NCBI GenBank assembly: GCA_038046725.1
Contig: JBBSVQ010000001.1
Coordinates: 187,780-251,779 of the forward strand
DNA length: 64,000 nt
Source: Thermoplasmatota archaeon
Lineage (GTDB): Archaea > Thermoplasmatota > E2 > JACPAO01 > JAHFTW01
Direction: 5' to 3'
The notes under the pieces: model-generated
Databases searched by the model: none
Seen by the model: only the letters and a program-made list of their open reading frames with translations
What the model was told of the DNA's origin: nothing
Shown: positions 54,646-63,254 of the stretch, piece by piece
How positions within the stretch are numbered: the first letter of the stretch is position 1
How the letters are laid out: each line of letters starts with the position of its first letter
Translations under genes and position numbers: made by a program

Positions 54646-57246
54646 ATGGCCAAGTCGGACCGGAAAGACGTCGAGACCTACGAGCACAAGGCCGCCCAGC
54701 GCCCGAACAACCCACCGGTGGGCCTTGTGACGAAGGACACGGAGGCGCGAGAGAAGCGCCGCACCTACCAATACACCGATAACGTCCACGTCAAGCCCCA
54801 CGACAAACACCAGGACCCTGCCCTGGTCTGGGCGACGAAGGCCGAGCGCACTAGCTTCGAGGTCCCGACTGTCAACCTCCACGTCCATGAGCGCATCGAC
54901 CCGCAGACGATTCTGCGCGCGGTGCGCAAGAAGGGTGCGACCGTACAGCAATCCCTTTTCCAGTCCTCGGACCAGAACCTCCCCCTATCCAAGGCAGTCG
55001 AATTCTACGAGCACGCGCAAGGCTGGTCAAACCGGCTCGTCGCCGGCGACAGCCTGCTGGTGATGAACTCGCTCATCGAGAAAGAAGCGATGGCCGGCAA
55101 GGTCCAGATGGTCTACTTCGACCCGCCTTACGGCATCGAGTACAAGTCGAACGCCCAGCCATTCGTCGACAAGCGCAGCGTTGCCGAAGGCGACAAGGAC
55201 GCCGACTTGGACCAAACGCCGGAGCAGATCAAGGCGTTCCGTGACACCTGGGAGCTCGGGATTCACTCCTACCTCTCGTTCATCCGCGACCGGATGTTGC
55301 TGGCGCGTGAACTCCTGACACCAAGCGGCAGCGTGTTCATCCAGATTAGCGACCAAAACCTCCACCACATCCGCGAGGTGATGGACGAGGTGTTCGGCCC
55401 AGGTTGCTACGTCGTCACGATTCCTTTCAAGAAGAAGGGCAGCCAGCGCTCCGGCTTGCTCCGGCCCGTCAACGACTACTTGATCTGGTATACTCGCAGC
55501 CCCGTTGATTCCGGCGTGCCGAAGTTCCACGCGCTCTTCGAAAAGTGGGCCCTCGACCCGGAAACACTCTCGGAATTCCGTTACGTTGAGCTTCCGGGCG
55601 GCAAAGAAATGCTACTCGGGCACCTGAAACGACCTGACGGGTCGGACGTCGACTATGCAAGTCACCCCGAGCTCCTGATGGCGGACTACCCCAAGGCGCG
55701 CCTCTACCGAGCCAACCCTCTCAAGAGTGGCGGCGTTCGAGCCAACCAGAGCCTGCCGTTCACCTACAAGGGCAAGACGTACGAGCCCGGCCCGGGCAAC
55801 TGTTGGAAACACACAGCTCGAACCGATGATGGAAGCCCAAGCGGAATGGACCGCCTCGCCAAGGCCGGCCGGCTAATCGGAACGAAAACCGACTTGCGCT
55901 ACCGCAACTACCTGGATGACTTCGGTTACAAACCTGTGTCCAACTGGTGGGATGGACTCGGCGGGGCCTCCAACCCAATCTACGTCGTGCAGACCAACAC
56001 GGAAGTCGTGAAGCGCTGCATGCTGATGACGACAGACCCGGGCGACCTGGTAATTGACATCACTTGCGGCTCCGGAACGACGGCTTACGTCGCCGAAGAA
56101 TGGGGCCGTCGCTGGATGACATGCGACACGTCGCGCGTTGCGGTGACGCTTGCCAAGCAACGGTTGATGACTGCGGCTTTCCCGTTTTATCGACTTCGTC
56201 ATCCGGACGAAGGCGTTTCGTCCGGACTTCGCTACAAGCAGGTTGCGCACATCACGTCCTCGACGATTGCGAATGACGACAAACCCGTGATGGAAGACGT
56301 GTACGATGACCCCGAAGTCGACGGGTCCAAGGCGCGCGTTACCGGACCCTTCACTGTCGAAGCCGTGCCGGCGCCTGTCGTTCTGAGTTTGGACGGATCG
56401 CATCAAGGGCTGGCACCCTCGAATGGTCAGGACGTTGCCCGGAGTGGCGAAACGGCACGCGAGGATCAGTGGAGGACGCAGCTCATGCAAACCGGGATTC
56501 GAACGCTGAAGGGACAGGTGGTCCGTTTCACGCGTCTGGAACCCGCTGCGGCCAGTACCTACTTGCACGCGACTGGTGAGACCGCCGAGACACCATCTCG
56601 TCGTGTGGCGGTATCGTTCGGGCCCGAACATCACCCCATGGAACGCAAGCAGGTCGAGTTTGCATGGGAAGAAGCGCGCCAGATGGCCGACCGCCCTCAA
56701 CTCCTTGTCTTCGCGGCGTTCTCGTTTGATGCTGACACGGCGAAGGACATCGATAACGCCAAGCCAGACAAGATGGGCATGACGTTCTGGAAGGTCCAGA
56801 TGAACACGGACCTGCTCACCGAAGACCTCCGTAAGGGGGGCAAGTCCGACGACTCGTTCTTCCTCGTCGGCCAACCCGATGTGGCCTTGGAGCGCATCAA
56901 GGACGGCGAACACAAGGGAAAGGTCCGCGTCGTTGTCCGGGGCTTCGACTACTTCGACGTCCGCAGCAGCAAGCTGGAATCGGGCAACTCTTCACGCATC
57001 GCGGTATGGATGCTCGACCCCGACTACGACGGGCGCAGCGTGTTCCCGCAGCAGGTCTTCTTCCCCATGGCTGCCGACGACGAAGCGTGGGGTAGGCTTG
57101 CGAAGAACCTCAACGGCGAGATTGACTTGGACCGCATCAAGGCCTACTGGGGGAAGGAATCTCTCCCCTTCCAGCCCGGCAAGCGCGTCGCCGTCAAGGT
57201 CGTTGATGACCGTGGCATCGAGAGCATGAAGGTCTTGGACGTGTAG
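54646..57246 (+). CDS. mod: Type III-like R-M modification methyltransferase (N6A/N4C beta-class, DPPY)
   Basis: ...NRLVAGDSLLVMNSLIEKEAMAGKVQMVYFDPPYGIEYKSN... (motif IV), then motif I ...LVIDITCGSGTTAYVAEEWGRRWMTCD.... At 866 aa it carries a C-terminal extension. Confidence 0.8.
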   Translation: MAKSDRKDVETYEHKAAQRPNNPPVGLVTKDTEAREKRRTYQYTDNVHVKPHDKHQDPALVWATKAERTSFEVPTVNLHVHERIDPQTILRAVRKKGATVQQSLFQSSDQNLPLSKAVEFYEHAQGWSNRLVAGDSLLVMNSLIEKEAMAGKVQMVYFDPPYGIEYKSNAQPFVDKRSVAEGDKDADLDQTPEQIKAFRDTWELGIHSYLSFIRDRMLLARELLTPSGSVFIQISDQNLHHIREVMDEVFGPGCYVVTIPFKKKGSQRSGLLRPVNDYLIWYTRSPVDSGVPKFHALFEKWALDPETLSEFRYVELPGGKEMLLGHLKRPDGSDVDYASHPELLMADYPKARLYRANPLKSGGVRANQSLPFTYKGKTYEPGPGNCWKHTARTDDGSPSGMDRLAKAGRLIGTKTDLRYRNYLDDFGYKPVSNWWDGLGGASNPIYVVQTNTEVVKRCMLMTTDPGDLVIDITCGSGTTAYVAEEWGRRWMTCDTSRVAVTLAKQRLMTAAFPFYRLRHPDEGVSSGLRYKQVAHITSSTIANDDKPVMEDVYDDPEVDGSKARVTGPFTVEAVPAPVVLSLDGSHQGLAPSNGQDVARSGETAREDQWRTQLMQTGIRTLKGQVVRFTRLEPAAASTYLHATGETAETPSRRVAVSFGPEHHPMERKQVEFAWEEARQMADRPQLLVFAAFSFDADTAKDIDNAKPDKMGMTFWKVQMNTDLLTEDLRKGGKSDDSFFLVGQPDVALERIKDGEHKGKVRVVVRGFDYFDVRSSKLESGNSSRIAVWMLDPDYDGRSVFPQQVFFPMAADDEAWGRLAKNLNGEIDLDRIKAYWGKESLPFQPGKRVAVKVVDDRGIESMKVLDV

Positions 57247-57248
57247 CG

Positions 57249-57695
57249 ATGGCTCAGGCCATGGTCGAGAGACTAAACGCACAACATTGGTTGCTCATCA
57301 CGAGTCGGGCTTCGTGGGAGCGAATGGAGCAAGCTGGCGCGTGGGCATTCGCAGACAAGAGTCTGAAACGGGCGTCCATGCTTCACCGAGGCACGCAGGG
57401 CGTCGTGTACTGCACCGGCGAGAGCTCCTTCGCAGCGGTTATCGAGTTCACCGGTGAATTCCGCCAGCACGCCCGCTCAACGGTCTTCGGGGCCCTCTAC
57501 CCGCACGCCATGCCGTTCCGCGTCGTCGCCGCCCCTGGCTTCTCACTCCCGATGGCGGCCGTGGTTCAGACCCTCGACTTCATCGGCAAGAAGGATTACT
57601 GGTTCAGCTACCTTCAAGGGCAGGCTCTTCGCCCTTTGTCCCGTGAGGACTTCCACGTTCTGGCTTCTCGGTTGCAGACGAAGGGGGCTCGGTGA
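57249..57695 (+). CDS. EVE/PUA-like (modified-base reader fold) protein between mod and res
   Basis: ...AQHWLLITSRASWERMEQAGAWAFADKSLKRASMLHRGTQGVVYCTGESSFAAVIEFTGEF... matches my memory of EVE/ASCH-type PUA-like domains. Its stop overlaps the res start (TGATG). Confidence 0.45.
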   Translation: MAQAMVERLNAQHWLLITSRASWERMEQAGAWAFADKSLKRASMLHRGTQGVVYCTGESSFAAVIEFTGEFRQHARSTVFGALYPHAMPFRVVAAPGFSLPMAAVVQTLDFIGKKDYWFSYLQGQALRPLSREDFHVLASRLQTKGAR

Positions 57696-60523
57696 TGGTC
57701 GGAGTACCGAAGATTGATCGCCTCATCCAGAACAACCCGTACCGCGAGCCTGCGAGGTACTGGAAGTTCAACGCGACCAGCCGCACCTGGCGCTTGACCG
57801 AGGGACGGCGCGAGGCGGGTTACATGGTGCAGTCGGGCGACCCTGACGACCCCGGCGATTATCGGGCACTACGCCTGGCCAACCAGGTCCGTCCGCGCGT
57901 CAAGGAATGGCGGGCCGCCGGCTACCCAGGCATCACGGGAGTGACTCGGCGACTGCTGGAACACTGGACGGACCCCAACGCCCGGACGTTCCCGTTCTTC
58001 TTCTGCCAACTGGAAGCCATCGAGACGCTTGTCTGGCTCGCGGAAGCCCCGCCGTCCGCCAAGCAGGGCCTCGACTGGGAGACCGACGGCGGCGACTTCG
58101 TGCGCGAGTGCTGCAAGATGGCCACCGGCACGGGCAAGACTATCGTCATGGGCATGGTCATCGCGTGGCACGTACTCAACAAGGTCGCGTACCCCCAAGA
58201 CCCGCGTTTCAGCAAAAACATCCTTGTCGTTGCCCCCGGTCTAACGGTCAAGGAGCGCCTTCAGGTGCTGAAGCACCCCGACGGCATCTACCGGGAATTC
58301 AGCATGATTCCCGGCGCCATGCGCGACCAATTCGCCCAAGGCCGCGTCGTTGTCGAGAACTGGCACACCCTCGCCCGCCGCGAAGAGGTCGGCCCACGCG
58401 TCATGCGCAAGAAGATGGGCGCTGAGTCGGACGAAGCGTACTGCCGCCGCGTCCTGGTAGACATCGCGAAAGCCAGCAATCTCCTCGTCATCAACGACGA
58501 AGCCCACCACGCGTGGCGCGTCGACCCGAAACGCAAGGCCGAGTTCAAAGGGGAAGACAAGGACGAAGCCCAACGCGCCACGGTCTGGATCGACGGCCTC
58601 GACATCATCAACAAGGCCCGCGGCATCCTGAAGTGCTACGACTTCACCGCCACGCCCTTCGCATCAGCGGGCAAGGGAAACCAGGAGAACGTCATCTTCG
58701 AATGGGTCGTCAGCGACTTCGGCTTGAACGACGCAATCGAGAGCGGGCTCGTCAAGACGCCGCGCCTGCCAACTGTGGACAACAGCATCCCGGACGCCGA
58801 GACGTTCCGCAGCAGACTCCTGCACATCTACGGTGAGTCCGAAGTGCAGAAGGACTTGAGTCGGAAGGCCAAGCCAGAGGAACCGCTGCCCCAACTGGTT
58901 CGCAACGCCTACGAACTGATGACCAAGGACTGGGCCAGGACGCGCGACGACTGGGCCAAGGAAGGCCATCCCGTTCCCCCCGTGATGATTACTGTCGCCA
59001 ACACCACATTCACGGGAGCCCGCATTGAGCACGGATTCCGGACCCACGACCTGGGCGTCGAAGCTGCACACGACGAGAAGGGATTGCTCCGCATCGACAG
59101 CAAAATGCTCAAGGACGTCGAAGAGCGCGACGCGGGAGTCTCGCTCGCTTTGGACCTGGACGACGAAGCCGAGTTGACGGCGGATCAGCGCGCAGAGCTG
59201 CTCCGCCGTCAGGTCGACAGCGTGGGCAAGCCCGGCAAGCCCGGCGCCCACATTTTCAACCTCGTCAGCGTCATGATGCTGACCGAAGGCTGGGACTGCC
59301 GCACCGTGACCCACATCATGGGCCTGCGCGCGTTCACTTCCCAGCTGCTCTGCGAGCAGGTCATCGGCCGCGGCTTGCGCCGCACGTCGTACGAGACCGA
59401 GCAGGTCGAGTTCCCCGACGGCCGCAAAGAGCAACTCTTCGCCGCCGAGTACGTCAACGTGTTTGGCATCCCGTTCTCGTTCCTGCCACTCGAATCGGAC
59501 GAGACGGGGACATCCAAGAAGCCACGCCCCACCACGGACATCCACACACTAGACGAGCGAAAGGACCTGGCTATCAAGTGGCCGAACGTGCTCCGCATCG
59601 AGCACCGGTTGAGCCACCAGCTCCGCCTGGACACTGCCAAGGTTCGCCCGTTCAAAATCGACCCCTCGCTCGTGAGCACAGAAGCGCAACTGGCGCCCTT
59701 GATGGACAACCGACCAAACCCTGACCGCGCGACGCTCATTGAGCTGCAGGATTTGGCCGACACGCGCTACCGTCAGCAGGCCATTGTGTTCCGCCAAGCG
59801 AAGAGCCTCTTCGAGAACATGAAGGAAGACTGGAAGGGCAACCCCGCCACCCTCGCATCCCAGACGGTCCGCCTCGTGGAGGAATTCCTGGCCAGCGGCA
59901 AGGTGGACTTCGGCGGCGTCAAGTTCGGCGAAGACGACGTCCGCCGTCGCATCGTCTTGGCACTGAACACGCCCCGAATCGTTTACGCCCTGAAGGACGC
60001 CATCACGCAGCAGTCCAGCGAAGAGTCCCACATCGTCCTCGATGCGACACATCCGGTAGGTTCGACAGAAGACATGCTGCCGTGGGCCACGCGCAAGAAG
60101 TCGCGCGAAACGAAGAAGAGCCACGTCAACCGCGTCGTCCTCGACTCGGCATGGGAGGCTTCGGACGCCTACGTCATCGACCAGTCGAAGCACGTCGAGG
60201 CCTGGGCCAAGAACGACCACCTCGGGTTCGAGATCGCCTACATCGAGATGGGCCGGGTTGCCAGCTATCGCCCCGACTTCCTCGTCCGCCTGACCAACGG
60301 CGTCAACCTGGTACTAGAGACGAAGGGAAAGGAGCGCGACGCCGACCGGACCAAGTGGACGGCCATGGACGCTTGGATTGCGGCCGTCAACCAGCACGGC
60401 GGGTTCGGGCAGTGGGAATTCAGGACGTCGCGACTCCCCGGCGAGGCGAAGGAAATCCTTGCAGAGCTTGCCGCACGTGGTCCCGTCGGACCCGCTTCTG
60501 CAGGCAAGGCACAATCTAGTTAG
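57695..60523 (+). CDS. res: Type III restriction enzyme Res subunit (SF2 helicase + C-terminal endonuclease)
   Basis: Walker A ...KMATGTGKTIVMGMV..., DEAH ...LLVINDEAHHAW..., motif VI ...QVIGRGLRR..., and a C-terminal nuclease-like region ...VVLDSAWEASDAYVIDQSKHVEAWAKNDHLGFEIAY.... Confidence 0.85.
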   Translation: MVGVPKIDRLIQNNPYREPARYWKFNATSRTWRLTEGRREAGYMVQSGDPDDPGDYRALRLANQVRPRVKEWRAAGYPGITGVTRRLLEHWTDPNARTFPFFFCQLEAIETLVWLAEAPPSAKQGLDWETDGGDFVRECCKMATGTGKTIVMGMVIAWHVLNKVAYPQDPRFSKNILVVAPGLTVKERLQVLKHPDGIYREFSMIPGAMRDQFAQGRVVVENWHTLARREEVGPRVMRKKMGAESDEAYCRRVLVDIAKASNLLVINDEAHHAWRVDPKRKAEFKGEDKDEAQRATVWIDGLDIINKARGILKCYDFTATPFASAGKGNQENVIFEWVVSDFGLNDAIESGLVKTPRLPTVDNSIPDAETFRSRLLHIYGESEVQKDLSRKAKPEEPLPQLVRNAYELMTKDWARTRDDWAKEGHPVPPVMITVANTTFTGARIEHGFRTHDLGVEAAHDEKGLLRIDSKMLKDVEERDAGVSLALDLDDEAELTADQRAELLRRQVDSVGKPGKPGAHIFNLVSVMMLTEGWDCRTVTHIMGLRAFTSQLLCEQVIGRGLRRTSYETEQVEFPDGRKEQLFAAEYVNVFGIPFSFLPLESDETGTSKKPRPTTDIHTLDERKDLAIKWPNVLRIEHRLSHQLRLDTAKVRPFKIDPSLVSTEAQLAPLMDNRPNPDRATLIELQDLADTRYRQQAIVFRQAKSLFENMKEDWKGNPATLASQTVRLVEEFLASGKVDFGGVKFGEDDVRRRIVLALNTPRIVYALKDAITQQSSEESHIVLDATHPVGSTEDMLPWATRKKSRETKKSHVNRVVLDSAWEASDAYVIDQSKHVEAWAKNDHLGFEIAYIEMGRVASYRPDFLVRLTNGVNLVLETKGKERDADRTKWTAMDAWIAAVNQHGGFGQWEFRTSRLPGEAKEILAELAARGPVGPASAGKAQSS

Positions 60524-60546
60524 GCAGCCCTGAAGCTCGGCCCCTG

Positions 60547-62109
60547 GTGGCGAAGGTCGTCGGTGGGCGGGTGGTCGGGCTTTTCGGCCGCCTTTCGCTG
60601 TCCTGGACGTTCAACGAGCAAGGGCTGGCCGTCCTTCACGGCCCCAACGGCTCAGGGAAGTCGACGTTCCTCCGAATCCTCGAGGCCACGTTCAACCGCC
60701 AGATGGAGGCGCTTTCGATGCTGCCATTCAGGGCGGTCGAGGTGGACTTCGACGACGGGCGCCGCCTGCGCATCCTGGACCGTGCGTTCCTGAACGCTGA
60801 GGTCCGGATTGACGAGGAAGTCCGCGGCCGCTTCGAGGAGCTTGTCAGTGAGGCTATACAGAAAGACGGGAACATCTCGGATGCCGCTGCCGCAGAACTT
60901 TGGGAGGAGGCCGTTAGAGATGCCGACTGGTACTCCTGGGACGACGCGATGCGCGATCCCCCTCCCCACGGGGCCCGCAGGCCTCTGAAACTCGAGCTGA
61001 TGGGCGCCCCGGCCCGCCAGCGCACGACGATCGCCGGGACATACATCAACGAACCTGGAGAACGGCGGAAGCTACTTCGGCCGGGCATCGTCGAGGCGGC
61101 AAACCGGTACCATAGCCCGGTGCTGGACGAACTGAAGGACTTGGTCTGCACGCGGATCAGCGGACCGGTGGGTTCTGCGACCGACCTCGAGACGTTCCGA
61201 GGAAGCCCGGAGGCCCTTCTGCGGCGCATGAACGCAGAGCTGACCGCCATCAGGCGTTTGTTTGCGCCGCCCTATGGCGTGCAGGTACGGCTTCTCGGCG
61301 AGCAGGAGCGCGCCGACCCGGACGACTTCATTGCAGCCCTTCACGAGACCAAGCGGAATCCGCCGCCCGCGGGCGACGCGCAGATGCCCTGGTACAACAA
61401 ACGGGCAGAAGAGGCCGCAGCCAGGGAACGCGAGTGGGACGAGCTGCAGCGGACATTGGGTTCGAAGCGACAAAACGAATCTGGTGCGCCAAAGCCCTCT
61501 GACCGCCAGGCCTTGTCAAACTCGCCAGGGTTCCCCGACGTGGTCAGCTTCTTCGCGACAATCCCTCCCGGGCACTGGCTCGAACGGGAGCTTGCGGGGG
61601 AACTGGCCTATCGGCTGGCCCAAAGTGCTGAACCGAAGGAGCGCACGGCCTTGGCCGAGCGGCTTCGGGAACTGAGTTTGGTGGTAGACGCGCAGGTCAA
61701 GCCCTACGACCGGTTCGTCTACAGGATCAACGAGTTCCTGGACCAGCGGCGGACCGGCGCTTCAATCCACGTCTCCGGCTTCGACGGGCCGCCGGTCGTC
61801 GGGTTCTGGGCCGGCGAGAACGAGATTCCCGGCGACCGGCTGTCCTCCGGGGAGACATCACTGATCGCAATCGCCCACCGCGTCTCCACCTCGTGCGCAC
61901 GTGCGGCGGAAGGGAAGTACGTCCAGCACATCGTCCTGCTCGACGAGCCAGAGGCCAGTCTTCACCCGACCTGGCAGCGAGGCCTGCTCGACCTTGTCAT
62001 GGGTTTCTTCCACAAGGGCCGCGACTGCCTCGTTGTGGCGACGCACAGTCCGGACGTCGCATCGTCCCACCTCTCCGCCATGCAAGAGGTGCCCGACCCT
62101 GCGGCCTGA
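60547..62109 (+). CDS. ABC-type (AAA_15/21, OLD/AriA-like) ATPase
   Basis: Walker A ...LHGPNGSGKSTFLRILEAT..., a long helical insertion, and C-terminal Walker B/D-loop/H-loop ...IVLLDEPEASLHPTWQRGLLDLV...VVATHSPDV.... Confidence 0.7.
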   Translation: MAKVVGGRVVGLFGRLSLSWTFNEQGLAVLHGPNGSGKSTFLRILEATFNRQMEALSMLPFRAVEVDFDDGRRLRILDRAFLNAEVRIDEEVRGRFEELVSEAIQKDGNISDAAAAELWEEAVRDADWYSWDDAMRDPPPHGARRPLKLELMGAPARQRTTIAGTYINEPGERRKLLRPGIVEAANRYHSPVLDELKDLVCTRISGPVGSATDLETFRGSPEALLRRMNAELTAIRRLFAPPYGVQVRLLGEQERADPDDFIAALHETKRNPPPAGDAQMPWYNKRAEEAAAREREWDELQRTLGSKRQNESGAPKPSDRQALSNSPGFPDVVSFFATIPPGHWLERELAGELAYRLAQSAEPKERTALAERLRELSLVVDAQVKPYDRFVYRINEFLDQRRTGASIHVSGFDGPPVVGFWAGENEIPGDRLSSGETSLIAIAHRVSTSCARAAEGKYVQHIVLLDEPEASLHPTWQRGLLDLVMGFFHKGRDCLVVATHSPDVASSHLSAMQEVPDPAA

Positions 62110-62179
62110 GCAGCTTCTCGCAGACGCACGCGGGCGGGCTGCCGCACGCCAATACCTTGCCACTGGGTCGCGACCGGGC

Positions 62180-63190
62180 GTGCTCCTCATCGGCGAGAGC
62201 GACGCGGACGAGTCGAAGCTCATGAAACTGCTGGGGCGCGTCCCTCATCTCGGGCGCCGCGACGACGCCGCGCGCGCCATGGGCGTGACCCGTACGCCAG
62301 GGGGAAAGGACATCGCGGAGGCCGAGGCAAAGCTATGGGCCACGGGTGAGGCCCGGCACCAGTCCGTCAAGGGAGTGGTGATGACGAGGGACCTGGACAT
62401 GGACTACGCGCAGCATGTCGATGACAGGTCAATCCAAGTTGGAACGTTCCCGGGTACGCGTCTAGCAGCCGTTGTGGAAACCGCGCTCGCAAAGGGCCTT
62501 GGAAGCGGTGGTGTCCGGGTCGATGTGGTGGTCACGCCACGCAGCGACCTGGAGACAACCGTACTTGCCTACGCGCGCGGTGCTCCTCCCGGCCTGGGGC
62601 CCGCCGGCCAGGAGGACCTTTGGCGCCGGCTTGTCGCGCTCGCATGGCTCCAGCAAGCGATTGTATGGGAGCTCCAGACCGACGGGGCCGTGGTGAAGTC
62701 GAGTGTCTTCTACGACGACAAACCTGCTCCTTGGGAGAGCGATGCAGTGAGCGCGGCGCGAACCTGGAACGACGCCAACATACGCCGCGCTGCCGATGCA
62801 TTTGCAAAGGCGCTAGGCGCCGAATCCAAGGCTCCGGCCCAGTCCTTCCCAGGCCTCACTTTGGTTGACAAGCGGGGCAACCATGTCTCACGAGACCACC
62901 TGGCAGGGGCACTCGAGTTCCTTGAGCGGCACCGTGAGGCGTGCGAGGGAACGGATGGCGCGACTACGGGCCCTGCAGCAGCGCTTGACCGATTCGCCCG
63001 CTCGCCCTGCGGTTGCGTGTGGACCTTGGTCAACGGCCATGCCCTTTTCCGATTGACGGCTGCCCTCGTGGGCCAGGCCTCCCGGACCCTTGAGGGGCGG
63101 GTCGTCTGGGGAATGGTGGAGTCCAGGGAAATCCAAGCAGCTGCAAAGTCAGACCCGTCTTTCGGGGCGCGGCTGGACAAGCTCCTGTGA
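62180..63190 (+). CDS. Toprim/DUF4435-like (OLD-family nuclease, AriB-like) partner protein, GTG start
   Basis: (GTG)LLIGESDADESKLMKLLG... carries a Toprim-like conserved Glu plus acidic cluster, and a later DLDMDY resembles the DxD motif. The frame has no ATG before MKLLG. An upstream extension to 61901 would overlap the ATPase gene by 209 nt. Confidence 0.45.
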   Translation: MLLIGESDADESKLMKLLGRVPHLGRRDDAARAMGVTRTPGGKDIAEAEAKLWATGEARHQSVKGVVMTRDLDMDYAQHVDDRSIQVGTFPGTRLAAVVETALAKGLGSGGVRVDVVVTPRSDLETTVLAYARGAPPGLGPAGQEDLWRRLVALAWLQQAIVWELQTDGAVVKSSVFYDDKPAPWESDAVSAARTWNDANIRRAADAFAKALGAESKAPAQSFPGLTLVDKRGNHVSRDHLAGALEFLERHREACEGTDGATTGPAAALDRFARSPCGCVWTLVNGHALFRLTAALVGQASRTLEGRVVWGMVESREIQAAAKSDPSFGARLDKLL

Positions 63191-63254
63191 CCGGCACGTA
63201 CCTTCAGCTCTCTTACCCCAACCAATAAGATCCCACTCCTTACCAGGGCCTGGG

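Noticed and set aside
47591-60523. Calling the island DISARM or BREX
   Set aside because: PLD plus SNF2 plus methyltransferase superficially resembles DISARM. However, I found no DrmA helicase and no DrmB (DUF1998), and no PglZ phosphatase, BrxC ATPase or BrxA/B. The methyltransferase and helicase are better explained as a Type III mod/res pair.
61901-62179. Upstream 93-codon extension of the Toprim-like ORF (MRRKGSTSSTSSCST...)
   Set aside because: The extension overlaps the last 209 nt of the ATPase gene in another frame and is Ser/Thr/Arg-rich low-complexity. The GTG at 62180 gives a start directly after the ATPase stop.
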